A DNA stretch of 64,000 nt, from NCBI GenBank assembly GCA_963815095.1, contig CAWFFH010000003.1, positions 128,001 through 192,000 of the forward strand, given 5' to 3'. Position 1 is the first letter of the stretch; every line of letters begins with the position of its first letter. Origin of the DNA: Candidatus Bathyarchaeota archaeon (GTDB taxonomy: Archaea > Thermoproteota > Bathyarchaeia > Bathyarchaeales > Bathycorpusculaceae). This document shows, in pieces, positions 9,995 through 20,115 of the stretch. The position numbers were made by a program, and so were the translations under genes. The notes below the pieces were generated by a model. The model ran no database searches, had not been told where the DNA came from, and saw nothing but the letters and a program-made list of their open reading frames with translations.

Positions 9995-10577
9995 TTCGTT
10001 TTACCCACATAAATTTAGGAAAGCAAACGCTCTCCAAACCGCTTTTATTCAAAAATAAGTACAAAAAGACTTTCTTAGTAGTATCAATACCCCATAATAT
10101 TATCTATAATCTATTTGGGGAATAGCTTAATTGGTTGTTTTTGGAAGGGTTAGTTGCGTAAGCACGCAACTTCTCTAAATTCGGTGAGTTGCAGAGCATG
10201 GAATCCGTAAAGCCACCACATTGATATAGCCATTTTTATCCACCTGATCTGCGACCATACGTGCAGACAAATTTGCACTCAAAATTCTTGCGTGGAATTG
10301 CTTAAAAGCAAGCGCTTTTTAGTGTAATTTATCGGGTTAACCTCTTGCAAGTACCGACTCAAGAGAAAAAGCCAGATCAACCAAACGAAAATAAAACTGA
10401 ATAATAAAAAAAGCAAGCAATCAAGTGTAAACTTTTTCCCCTATTTAGATAAACTCTCACCAACCAAAGTTTGGCTAAATAATTGGAAAGCTTTGCAGTT
10501 TCTATATAGTTACTAAAGAATACACACGTATTTCTTAATTGATTCAATGGTCAAAACATAAAGCAGGGATGAGGAAC

Positions 10578-10781
10578 ATGGAAATATCAAATGAGACAAT
10601 AATTTTTTCTTGCCCTGGGGGTTTGAAAAGTTTTGAATTTGACTTAGTTGGAGAACACCAATTAGTCTCGTGTCCTTTGTGCGGAATAGAATTCATAACA
10701 GTGAAAAAAGGACAAACCCTTCTGCTTGAATCATTTGAAGTTAACCAAAACGAAAACATGGCACAAGCCTTAATGAGGTGA
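10578..10781 (+). CDS. small LysW-like zinc-ribbon protein (first CxxC degenerate)
   Basis: FSCPGG...VSCPLCGIEF; GAGG upstream of ATG 10578; lacks the EDWGE terminus. Confidence 0.55.
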   Translation: MEISNETIIFSCPGGLKSFEFDLVGEHQLVSCPLCGIEFITVKKGQTLLLESFEVNQNENMAQALMR

Positions 10782-10788
10782 AAAACTG

Positions 10789-10944
10789 ATGCAAGTAAAA
10801 TGTAGTGGATGCGAAAAAAAATTCGACGTCTTTCCAGAAATCTTTGGAAACTACGAAATAATATTCTGCCCAGTCTGCGGATTACACCATCAAGTTATCA
10901 AAAAAATAAACCACACAACAGTGAAATCAATCCAGTACGCATAA
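10789..10944 (+). CDS. 51-aa zinc-ribbon microprotein
   Basis: Manual: MQVKCSGCEKKFDVFPEIFGNYEIIFCPVCGLHHQVIKK...YA*; GAGGTG SD upstream. Confidence 0.7.
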   Translation: MQVKCSGCEKKFDVFPEIFGNYEIIFCPVCGLHHQVIKKINHTTVKSIQYA

Positions 10945-11051
10945 ATCAAAACGAATATCCCTAATTCTTTGATAAACCAATCAAAGAAAAAGGACTTTTA
11001 TCCACCCGAGTACCAGAAAAATCTTAATTACATAGGCAGGTATTTTGCTTT

Positions 11052-11588
11052 ATGGAAGAAATAGAAGTAAAGATTTTAGAAGTAAACAGGCCAGCGCTTG
11101 AGAAAATCCTCACAAACCTTGGTGCCAAAAAAGTTTTTGATGGCGAAATTGAAACAATATTTTTAGACTCTGAAGATGGAGCAATAATTAAAAAGAGAGA
11201 TGTCCTGCGCTTGCGAAAAGAGCAAGATAAAACCGAATTAACATACAAGAAAGTCCACGTGACAGAAACGGCGAAAACCGCAGAAGAATATACTGTGAAA
11301 TTATCAAGCTTGGAAATGATGAAAACAATTTTGGAAAACTTGGGTTTTAAAGCAATTGATAGTACAAATAAGCATAGAGTTAGCTACGTTCTTGATGTCG
11401 CACGCTTTGATTTTGATTGTTACTCGGGAGACCATGGATTTATTCCCGAGTTTTTGGAAATAGAAGCCAAAACCACCGAATTGATCTACAAATATGCTGA
11501 GCTTTTAGGTTTTAAGGCAAAGGATTGCTTACCCTGGTCAACAACAGATCTAATCAAACATTATGATAACAGAAAAGTTGTCCAGTAG
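11052..11588 (+). CDS. CYTH-domain protein (class IV adenylate cyclase / triphosphate tunnel metalloenzyme)
   Basis: N-terminal EIEVK (ExExK), VLRLR, LTYKK and FLEIE. Confidence 0.9.
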   Translation: MEEIEVKILEVNRPALEKILTNLGAKKVFDGEIETIFLDSEDGAIIKKRDVLRLRKEQDKTELTYKKVHVTETAKTAEEYTVKLSSLEMMKTILENLGFKAIDSTNKHRVSYVLDVARFDFDCYSGDHGFIPEFLEIEAKTTELIYKYAELLGFKAKDCLPWSTTDLIKHYDNRKVVQ

Positions 11589-11626
11589 AAATTTTCGTTA
11601 TCAAGAAGAAGTAGGGGTTTGGCAAG

Positions 11627-12073
11627 TTATTTGCGGGCTGGACGAGACTTGACGACTTTTGGCGCTATTTTCGGCTTTAGTTGAGGGCTTGTTGAGGCTT
11701 TCTTTGAGATGTTCCAAAGGGGGTATTCGCCATGCTCTTTTTTGAAACTCTCCAGAAGTTCTTGTTGGGATACCTTCGGATTATCACTGGACATCCAACT
11801 TATAACTACTTTTTCTAGATATCCTTCATTTAGGAGCATTGAATTTATTTTTCGGGTTGTTTTTCCTCCATATCCTGCAAGGTATCCGCCAAATACTCTT
11901 TTAGATGGCTTCTTTGATTTGCCAATGTAGAGGATACCAGAATTTGGTTTGCCAGTTAGTGCTGAGTCAGCTAAAATCAAAACGCTGCTTTCGCTGGGCA
12001 GGGTTGAAAAGGAAATTCCTTTAAGTGGAACAAAATCGGCGAAGCCGCTTTCTTTAAGAGACAAAGAATTCAT
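11627..12073 (-). CDS. hypothetical protein, GIY-YIG-like
   Basis: ILYIGKS...KR...ELLESF...HGEYPLWN; basic tail. Confidence 0.6.
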   Translation of the reverse strand: MNSLSLKESGFADFVPLKGISFSTLPSESSVLILADSALTGKPNSGILYIGKSKKPSKRVFGGYLAGYGGKTTRKINSMLLNEGYLEKVVISWMSSDNPKVSQQELLESFKKEHGEYPLWNISKKASTSPQLKPKIAPKVVKSRPARK

Positions 12074-12419
12074 ATTCTTTAGTAGAGAGCGAGCGAGATT
12101 TAACCTTTCCTATATAAACTATTTATGGATATATATTCTATTTTCAGAGCCCTTAATGATAACCTCCCACTTTTTGAAGGCAGGTGTGCCTGGAATGAAC
12201 AAAAAAGCTCCGCTTTTCGAATATGAAACATTTATAGTTCGCCGACCAAAATGCGCAGAAACCCACGCTTCGTTAAGGAAGCAAGAACGCTGATTTCACA
12301 AACGACTTCATCGGCGAATATTTTCTTATTATGTTTCCTTTATAAAATGCAATAGTTATTACTTCTTAACTGAGACAGAAAATCACAATGCTTACGATAA
12401 AACCAGTTGGTAAAGAGTT

Positions 12420-14555
12420 TTGTTAGCTCCAAAAAATCTTGATTCAGATTCAAACGCTGCCTTAACCCAGAAAAAAATACTAGATAATCCAAGCTTTTAT
12501 ATCAATAGAGAACTTAGCTGGATAAGATTTAACGCCCGCGTCCTTGAGGAAGCAGGTGACCTGTGGCATCCCCTGCTGGAGAGGGTTAAATTCATTGCTA
12601 TCTGCGGCAGTAACCTTGACGAGTTCTTTATGACACGTGTAGCTCGACTTGTTAAAAAAGTCAAATCAGGATCAGAAGACAAATCGATGGATGGAATGAG
12701 TTTCATTGAACAAATCCAAGCCACACGTAAAGAAATAATTCCACTTATTGAAAATCATTCAAAGTGCTGGAAAGACGAAATTATCCCTGCTCTGTCCAAA
12801 GAAGAAATTTATGTTAGCAGCTTTGAACAGTTATCAGAAAAAGAAAAGGAAAACTTGAGAGAATTCTTCGAGACAGCTATTGCTCCATCAATTAGGATTC
12901 CTAAAGTGGGCTTTGACAGTGTTTCAATTGAGAACCTGCACATAACCCTCTACATTTCAGGTTTTCATAATCAGTTCTCAAACTTTTGCATCTTGCTAGA
13001 TGTTCCTACCGAAAAATTTGGAAGACTAATAAGTATTCCACAAAGGCAAATCTTGGAAACCAAAGAAAGCAAAGCGCACCATTTTGTACTATTGGAAGAT
13101 TTAATCATAAATAATCTAAAAGTGATTTTTCCAACAGAAAAAAACCTGACCGCATATCCATTTAGGTTAACCCGTAATGGAGAAATAGATATCCTGATGG
13201 ATGAATCTGCGGACTTTCTTAATACTGTACAGAAAAGTCTCTCGACTCGAAAAGCCGGTTTTCCGACAAGACTTGAATTTGACAAAAAAACGCCAATTCA
13301 ATTTAGGGAATTGATAGCTAAAAAACTTGGTTTGCCTGAATATTTGATTTATGAGTTTGATGGACCCCTCGGGCTTGTTGACCTTTGGCAATTGCTCAAA
13401 ATAGATCGCCCAGACATCAAAGACAAAAGCTTCTTTCCATGCATTTCCCCATTAATGATATCAAAAAACAACATTTTTGAGACTATAGCTAAACAGGACT
13501 TTGTCCTCTATCATCCCTATGACGGCTTTGACGTAATAATTGACCTATTAAGAGAAGGAGCTATTGACGATGATGTATCGGAAATCTGCATAACAATGTA
13601 CCGAATGGATCATAAATCACCTATTGTAGATGCATTGATTGAAGCTGCCCGGAATGGCAAAAAAGTCACTGCCATAGTTGAATTAAAAGCTAAGTTTGAT
13701 GAAGAAAACAACATCCTTCTGGTCTCTAAACTTCAAAGCGGCGGCGTAAACACCGTTTACAACTTCCCAAATTTCAAGGTACATGCAAAACTGTGTCTAA
13801 TAAATAGAAAAGAAAAAAATGCTGTAGTCAGATACTCTCACATTGGCTCGGGAAACTATAATGCAGTTACGGCGAAAATCTATGGCGACATAGGCTACCT
13901 TACAGCAAACCCTGAAGTAGGGTTGGAACTTGAAGACCTATTCAGTGCAATAATAAATGGGCTTCAAGAAAAAGAAACTAAACATCTGCTAGTAGCTCCA
14001 AAAACGTTGAAGAGCGAAATTCTTAGGCGAGTAGATAAAGAAATAAGCTTTCACCAGAAAACAGGACGAGGCTATTTAGCGTTTAAACTAAACAACTTGG
14101 AAGAGAAGGGAATCATTCAAGCCCTTTATAAAGCGTCTATGGCAGGAATCAAGATCGACCTCAATGTTCGAGGCTTATGTTGTTTAAGACCTGGAATTGA
14201 AGGAGTAAGCGAAAACATTTCAGTTATTTCTATAGTGGGACGATTCCTTGAGCATGCCCGAATCTACTACTTCCGTGATGATACTGAAGATGAAGTGCTA
14301 ATTGGCAGTTCAGATATGATGTTTAGAAACCTCAATGAAAGAATCGAAGTCCTCTTATCCGTACCCGACCCCTACCTGCGACAAACTATCCTCGATGACA
14401 TGCTTAAAATTCATCTTAGAGACAACGTCAAAGCAAGACGTCTACTTCTAGATGGAACCTATGAAAGAGTCAAAGTAAGAGAAGGAGAAGAAGTCATCAA
14501 TTCTCAAGCTTGGCTAATTGAGAACAGAGGCATCTGGAATGAACGGCCCCATTAA
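12420..14555 (+). CDS. ppk1: polyphosphate kinase 1
   Basis: NRELSW, SNLDEFFM, ELKAKFDEENN, KVHAK (phospho-His), GRFLEHARI and GSSDMMFRNL. Confidence 0.97.
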   Translation: MLAPKNLDSDSNAALTQKKILDNPSFYINRELSWIRFNARVLEEAGDLWHPLLERVKFIAICGSNLDEFFMTRVARLVKKVKSGSEDKSMDGMSFIEQIQATRKEIIPLIENHSKCWKDEIIPALSKEEIYVSSFEQLSEKEKENLREFFETAIAPSIRIPKVGFDSVSIENLHITLYISGFHNQFSNFCILLDVPTEKFGRLISIPQRQILETKESKAHHFVLLEDLIINNLKVIFPTEKNLTAYPFRLTRNGEIDILMDESADFLNTVQKSLSTRKAGFPTRLEFDKKTPIQFRELIAKKLGLPEYLIYEFDGPLGLVDLWQLLKIDRPDIKDKSFFPCISPLMISKNNIFETIAKQDFVLYHPYDGFDVIIDLLREGAIDDDVSEICITMYRMDHKSPIVDALIEAARNGKKVTAIVELKAKFDEENNILLVSKLQSGGVNTVYNFPNFKVHAKLCLINRKEKNAVVRYSHIGSGNYNAVTAKIYGDIGYLTANPEVGLELEDLFSAIINGLQEKETKHLLVAPKTLKSEILRRVDKEISFHQKTGRGYLAFKLNNLEEKGIIQALYKASMAGIKIDLNVRGLCCLRPGIEGVSENISVISIVGRFLEHARIYYFRDDTEDEVLIGSSDMMFRNLNERIEVLLSVPDPYLRQTILDDMLKIHLRDNVKARRLLLDGTYERVKVREGEEVINSQAWLIENRGIWNERPH

Positions 14556-16896
14556 AGCTCAAACATGCCAAAGCAACTGGAGTTACTGCAAATTTGGGTC
14601 CGAAGCGCTTACAAAACTTCTCAATGTTTTCGAAGACCAGATCGGTGGAGTAATAAAAAACGACGATATCGAATATGTCCATAAAACTCGCGTCACCTCT
14701 CGAAGACTCAGAGCTACCATGCCTCTTTTTAGGGAATGCTTCCGTAAAAAAGATTTCGAAAGATGGTTGTGCGAAATAAAGAAAGTCACACGTTTGCTTG
14801 GCGATGCCAGAGACTTGGATGTGCAGATAGTCTTTGTTGAGAAGTATATGCAAAAATTGGAGTTAGACGCTGAAAGAACTGGTATTGAGAGTCTGGTTAA
14901 GAGTCATAAAGATCAAAGGAGAAGCATCCAACCGTCCATTGTCAGTGGATTGGAGCAGCTGAAGGAAAGCGATATTTTAGGAGATATGCAAAAATTTTGT
15001 GAACAATCAATTGAGGAACAATCAAATGAGTTGTTTGATCCCAAAAAGGTACTGGAAAAAGCCCGTTGGCATATTTCTTTTAGAATTGACGATTTTTTAG
15101 CGCTAGAAAACTATGTTCACTTAGAAAATGAATTTCTAAAACACCACCAAATGAGAATATATGCAAAAAAACTGCGCTATACCATGGAATCCTTTGCCTC
15201 ACTATATCAAAACAAACTCTTTCAAGAAATAGAAACCATCAAAACTTTTCAAGATATCCTTGGCGAAATGCATGACTGCGACATATGGTCGGAATACATC
15301 CCAAAATTTATGAAAGAAACCAAGGCCAAAATTAATCCAAAAGGTAAAAGAAAAGCGATCACTTTAGTGGAACAGTCCCTTTTGAACTTTCTCACTTTTG
15401 TTAAAGAAAAAAGAAAAGAAGATTATGGCCAATTTGTCCGGTTTTGGGATGAAAACAAGAACAACGGTTTTTTTGTTAAACTCAGAAAATCGGTCAATGC
15501 AGAATTGGCGGCAAAAGATGAAGAACTAATAAAACGGGTCCTTGCAAATCCCAATGTAAAAATTGCTGTTTTGTCGGATGTTCACGCTAATCTGCAAGCT
15601 TTAGAAGAAGTTATTCAAGATGCAGAAGAACGGGAAGTAGACGTCTTTCTCAATGCAGGCGACTCAGTTGGTTTTGGCGCTTGCCCAAATGAAGTTGTGG
15701 AGTTGTTAAGTGAGAAAAGCGCGTTAAGCATTTTGGGAAACTATGACCTTGAGGTTATTGAGGGAAAAGCCAAAGCTAAAGGCGAAAAAAACCTTGCTTT
15801 GAACTTTGCTAGAAAAGAGTTGGCTAAATCTTGTGAAAACTACCTCTATTCTTTACCGCGTGAACTCCGTCTTGAAGTTGCGGGCAAAAAAGTACTTGTG
15901 ACACATGGCAGTCCCGAATCTATTGAGGAACATATTTACAATGACACACCAGTTGAGCGACTGAAAACTCTTGCTTACATCGCTAAGGCAGACGTGATAA
16001 TTGTTGGGCACTCTCATGAACAATTATGGCGAAAGGTAAACAAATCTTGCTTTATCAACCCTGGAAGCGTGGGAAGACCAGGCGATGGAACCCCCAAGGC
16101 GGCGTACGCAATTTTAAGTTTTAACCCAGTCAAAGTTGAGTTAGTTCGCTTAGATTACGATGTTAAAGGCGCCGCAGACGCAATTAGGAAAAAGGGTTTG
16201 CCTGAAAGTTTTGCTCAGATGCTTCTTCGCGGGGTATCTCTTGATACAATCCTCAAAGAGGATAAAACTAGAGAAAGTCTAATGATTCAGAACTGCAAGG
16301 AAACAGCTAAGGTAGTGAAAGAGATTTCGGGAAAGTATTGGCCTGAATCCGATCATTTTATTCAAGTCCGTAAATTGGCGTTAGGGCTCTTCGACGGGTT
16401 AATCAAATGGCATCATTTGAGTATGCGTGAACGATGCTGGCTCGAATGCGCCGCAATTTTGCATGATATTGGCTTGTCAAAATCCAGAAAAGGTCACCAC
16501 AAAAAATCAGCCAAACTTATCTTGAACGATAATCAATTTCCTTTCACTTCTCAAGAAAGACGAATAATAGCAAACATCGCCCGATACCACCGCAAGGCTT
16601 TCCCCAAACAAAACGACCATAACCTTGCAACACTAAACCGAGAAACACTCAATAAACTAAAAATTCTGGCAAGCCTTCTCCGAGTAGCAGATAGTCTAGA
16701 TTATACGCATCAGACAATTGTTGAATCATTAAAAGTTAAGGTAGATATTAAGAGAATTATTGTTGAATGTGTTTCCAAAACGAACCCCAAGTTGGAAGAG
16801 CAGGCTTTTAATAAGAAGAAGGATTTGTTTGAAAAGGTCTTCGCTAAGAAAATGGTGCTGATATGGAAGCAACCGTCAAAACCGCTGGACATGTAG
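14518..16896 (+). CDS. CHAD + YfcE-like metallophosphoesterase + HD-domain fusion protein
   Basis: CHAD motifs (VHKTRVTSRRLR, HQMRIYAKKLRY, QDILGEMHD), phosphoesterase motifs (SDVHAN, GDSVG, GNYD, HGS, GHSH, NPGSVG) and HD motifs (ILHDIG, ARYH, LRVAD). Confidence 0.9.
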   Translation: MRTEASGMNGPIKAQTCQSNWSYCKFGSEALTKLLNVFEDQIGGVIKNDDIEYVHKTRVTSRRLRATMPLFRECFRKKDFERWLCEIKKVTRLLGDARDLDVQIVFVEKYMQKLELDAERTGIESLVKSHKDQRRSIQPSIVSGLEQLKESDILGDMQKFCEQSIEEQSNELFDPKKVLEKARWHISFRIDDFLALENYVHLENEFLKHHQMRIYAKKLRYTMESFASLYQNKLFQEIETIKTFQDILGEMHDCDIWSEYIPKFMKETKAKINPKGKRKAITLVEQSLLNFLTFVKEKRKEDYGQFVRFWDENKNNGFFVKLRKSVNAELAAKDEELIKRVLANPNVKIAVLSDVHANLQALEEVIQDAEEREVDVFLNAGDSVGFGACPNEVVELLSEKSALSILGNYDLEVIEGKAKAKGEKNLALNFARKELAKSCENYLYSLPRELRLEVAGKKVLVTHGSPESIEEHIYNDTPVERLKTLAYIAKADVIIVGHSHEQLWRKVNKSCFINPGSVGRPGDGTPKAAYAILSFNPVKVELVRLDYDVKGAADAIRKKGLPESFAQMLLRGVSLDTILKEDKTRESLMIQNCKETAKVVKEISGKYWPESDHFIQVRKLALGLFDGLIKWHHLSMRERCWLECAAILHDIGLSKSRKGHHKKSAKLILNDNQFPFTSQERRIIANIARYHRKAFPKQNDHNLATLNRETLNKLKILASLLRVADSLDYTHQTIVESLKVKVDIKRIIVECVSKTNPKLEEQAFNKKKDLFEKVFAKKMVLIWKQPSKPLDM

Positions 16897-18449
16897 TTGG
16901 GTTTGTAGACATTGGAACAAACGCAATACGTTTACTAGTGGTAAGGATAAACTCCAATTTCTCCTACACCATCATCAGCCAAGAAAAAGAGGTTGTTAGG
17001 CTCGGCGAAGATGAATTCAAGGATAATATACTTAAACCTCAAGCAATGGAAAGAGCTATTTTTGTGTGTGGAAAATTTGCTAACCTAGCCAAAACCTATG
17101 GTGCTTCTGAAATAATAGCAGTCGGAACCTCGGCAATTCGAGAGGCCCAAAACCAATGCGAGTTCCTTCAAAATCTCCATGACAAAACGGGGCTCAATGT
17201 TAATGTCATTACAGGTCAAGAGGAAGCGCGCCTGATTTGCGTGGGCGTGTCAAGTGGAATAGATATTGGAGAAGAAAAAGCTATTTTCATAGATTTTGGT
17301 GGAGGCAGCACCGAAATCGCCGTCGGCAATCAGCATGAATGCTTCTCTGTAGACAGTCTAAGACTGGGAGCAATTAGATTAACAGCTCAGTTTATTGGCG
17401 AAGGATGGATTGGACCAGTTGAAAACAATGTTTACAAGCAGATAAAACAATACGCGTGCATCAAAGTTCATCCGTTAAAAGCGAAAATCCGAGAGTCCGG
17501 CGCCAGACGAGCATGGGGTTCATCGGGCACAATTATTAACTTGGCAGAAATCTCAAACAAACTTTTCAAGAAAAACGTTAATGGAGCCGGTCTCACCCTT
17601 TCAAGGAAGAACTTGAAAAAGTTGGCACCGATTCTTTGCTCTCTATCCCTTGAAGAAAGAAAAAAGCTACCTGCCGCCAACCCTGATCGAGCCGACATTA
17701 TAATTGCCGGAGCAGCAACGATTGAAGCAATCATGGAAGAGCTAGGCTTGGAGGAAATCAAGGTCAGTCACAGAGAACTACGGGATGGACTGCTTGTTGA
17801 GTACTTGTCGAATTTTGAAGGTTTTCGGGAATTGCAAAAAACGCCTATGAGAAACAGGAGCATTTTGCATTTAGGGAGGTCTTGCAACTTTGATGAAAAG
17901 CATTCGGAAACAGTGGCTTCTTTGGCATTGCAGCTTTTTGATAGCGCAAAGCTGGTTGGGCTACATAACTTGGGCGAATCAGAAAAAGAACTCCTAAAGT
18001 ATGCTTCCACTTTGCATGATGTGGGCGATTTTCTCTCATTTAATGACCATCAACTTCATTCTTCTTATATCATCAGTAACGCTGAACTCCTTGGCTTTGA
18101 TAAAAAGGAAATTCAAATAATGGCCAGTATTGCGCGTTTTCATAGAAAAAAGTTGCCAACTAAAAAAGCTTTGAAACCCTTGGGGTTGGACGAAAGGACC
18201 AATCATGCGATTGCAGTTCTTTCTACATTTCTTCGATTCGCTGAAAAACTTGACCGGAGCCACTCTTGCCTTGTGAAAAAAGCGGAGTTCAGCAAAGTCA
18301 ACAAAGACCAAGTGTTACTCTCATTTTACTCAGACTCAGACTGTAGCTTAGAAGAATGGAGCGTCATTCAAAACCGACAAGCATTCTATGAAGCCTTCGG
18401 AAAAGAGTTAGATGCCCAATGCATAGTTACGCCTGCACTTAATCAATAG
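16863..18449 (+). CDS. ppx: Ppx/GppA exopolyphosphatase with C-terminal HD domain
   Basis: DIGTN, GTSAIREA, GQEEA, DFGGGSTE, RADII, LRDG and LHDVG. Confidence 0.95.
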   Translation: MEATVKTAGHVVGFVDIGTNAIRLLVVRINSNFSYTIISQEKEVVRLGEDEFKDNILKPQAMERAIFVCGKFANLAKTYGASEIIAVGTSAIREAQNQCEFLQNLHDKTGLNVNVITGQEEARLICVGVSSGIDIGEEKAIFIDFGGGSTEIAVGNQHECFSVDSLRLGAIRLTAQFIGEGWIGPVENNVYKQIKQYACIKVHPLKAKIRESGARRAWGSSGTIINLAEISNKLFKKNVNGAGLTLSRKNLKKLAPILCSLSLEERKKLPAANPDRADIIIAGAATIEAIMEELGLEEIKVSHRELRDGLLVEYLSNFEGFRELQKTPMRNRSILHLGRSCNFDEKHSETVASLALQLFDSAKLVGLHNLGESEKELLKYASTLHDVGDFLSFNDHQLHSSYIISNAELLGFDKKEIQIMASIARFHRKKLPTKKALKPLGLDERTNHAIAVLSTFLRFAEKLDRSHSCLVKKAEFSKVNKDQVLLSFYSDSDCSLEEWSVIQNRQAFYEAFGKELDAQCIVTPALNQ

Positions 18450-18462
18450 CATCCGAAAGAGG

Positions 18463-19365
18463 TCATTCTTTTTGCAGTTCAGCCTTCGCCTTTTTGAATG
18501 CCACAGATTGCTCTTTACTTAACACAGGATATTTCAGATCCAACTTTTTAATTTGCGAGAGTATGATTTCCGAAATTGATGCGTGGGTAACCCATTTTTT
18601 GTCTGCAGGTATAACATACCATGGTGCCCATTCAGTGCTTGTTTTGTTAAGCATCTCTTCGTAGGCTTCCATATAGTCAGCCCATTTTGACCGCTCCGAA
18701 AGGTCAGTAAGCGAAAACTTCCATTCTTTATCTGAATTTTCGAGGCGCTTAAGCAAACGCTGCTTTTGTGCCTCTTTAGAGACATTAAGGAAAAATTTCA
18801 GAACTACTGTACCATTCCGAACCAGATGACGTTCAAACAGGTTTATATCCTCATACCGTTGATTCCAGAAAAGCTTCCCTTCCTCACCAGGAGGCAACTT
18901 CTGTTTTTCAAGGACTTCTGGTCTAACTTTAACTATCAACACGTCTTCGTAATAGGAACGATTAAAAATTCCTATGTGTCCCCTTTCTGGAAGAGCTTTT
19001 TCGTGACGCCACAAGAAATCGTGGTTTAATTCCTCTTCAGTCGGTGTTTTGAAGCCTATAACTTGGCAGCCTTGCGGGTTAATGCCTGACATTACATGGC
19101 TGATTGTGCTGTCTTTGCCTGCTGCATCCATCCCTTGAAGAATGATTAACATTGAGTAAGTGTTGCTTGCCCAAAAAAGTTCCTGCATTTGAACCAATTG
19201 TTTTCTGTTGGTTTCAAGGGTAGCCTGAGCTTGTTCTTTGACGCCTTTTTTTCCTTCTTTTTCTTCTTGTTTCTTAGCCCATTTTGGAACCCAGCTTGAA
19301 TCATAAGATTTCAAACTGACCGTTTTTCCGGCTGGAACCTTGAAGTTTTCCGCATTAATCGACAT
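18463..19365 (-). CDS. ppk2: polyphosphate kinase 2 family protein (class III-like)
   Basis: QGMDAAGKDS, HDFLWR, FNRSYYEDV, WKFS and APWYVIPADKKW. Confidence 0.95.
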   Translation of the reverse strand: MSINAENFKVPAGKTVSLKSYDSSWVPKWAKKQEEKEGKKGVKEQAQATLETNRKQLVQMQELFWASNTYSMLIILQGMDAAGKDSTISHVMSGINPQGCQVIGFKTPTEEELNHDFLWRHEKALPERGHIGIFNRSYYEDVLIVKVRPEVLEKQKLPPGEEGKLFWNQRYEDINLFERHLVRNGTVVLKFFLNVSKEAQKQRLLKRLENSDKEWKFSLTDLSERSKWADYMEAYEEMLNKTSTEWAPWYVIPADKKWVTHASISEIILSQIKKLDLKYPVLSKEQSVAFKKAKAELQKE

Positions 19366-19459
19366 TCAAAACCTTCTCAAAGAGATTAAGTTATGGCGAT
19401 TAATATTAGCTGTGGCTAGGAAAAAGGGCTCAACTCTATAGTGTGGAAAGTCTTGATGA

Positions 19460-20104
19460 TTAGCCTAAGTTTACTTTTTCACCTGTCACTATGTACATAA
19501 TTGATTCACAAATGTAGACTGCGTGGTCAGCAATACGCTCTAAATACCTAGTCATCAAAGCGCTCGAAATTAAGCATTTACTGTTTGCTTGCTCTGTATT
19601 GATTAGTTTGTGGAGATAGTCGAAATACATTTTGTCAACTTCGCGTTCGGTTTGAGAAATGGTTTTGGCAAGGATTATATCTTGTTTTTTGAGTGAGTTG
19701 ACACTTGTTCTGACCATTGAGAGAACTTTTTCACTCATTTCGTTGACATAGTCTTTTGTCCAGGATTCGCATTGGTTTAAACCTACTAGCTGGTCGTTGA
19801 TGAATGAAATATCGAAGGCATATCTGCCGTATCGTGCAAAGTCATTGCCTATTTTCATGTAGGACTTTATTGTTCTAAGGTCAGTGGCGACGGGTTGGAA
19901 ACGAGCAATTAACTGGAAGGTTTCATCTTCAACTTTGTCAGCCATCGAAACCAGAATGTCAGACATTTCTCTGACTTGTTCTTGAACACCTTTGCCTTCG
20001 AGGTAACCATGAATTGAAAGGGCAAGGGTATCGTAGGTTAACTCGCCCATCCTAACGATTAGGACTGATTGTTCTTCTAATCCGCGGTCAATTATTCTGC
20101 TCAT
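19460..20104 (-). CDS. phoU: phosphate signalling protein PhoU
   Basis: ARFQPVATDLR and YLERIADHAVYICE; follows pstB. Confidence 0.92.
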   Translation of the reverse strand: MSRIIDRGLEEQSVLIVRMGELTYDTLALSIHGYLEGKGVQEQVREMSDILVSMADKVEDETFQLIARFQPVATDLRTIKSYMKIGNDFARYGRYAFDISFINDQLVGLNQCESWTKDYVNEMSEKVLSMVRTSVNSLKKQDIILAKTISQTEREVDKMYFDYLHKLINTEQANSKCLISSALMTRYLERIADHAVYICESIMYIVTGEKVNLG

Positions 20105-20115
20105 AATGTATTCTC

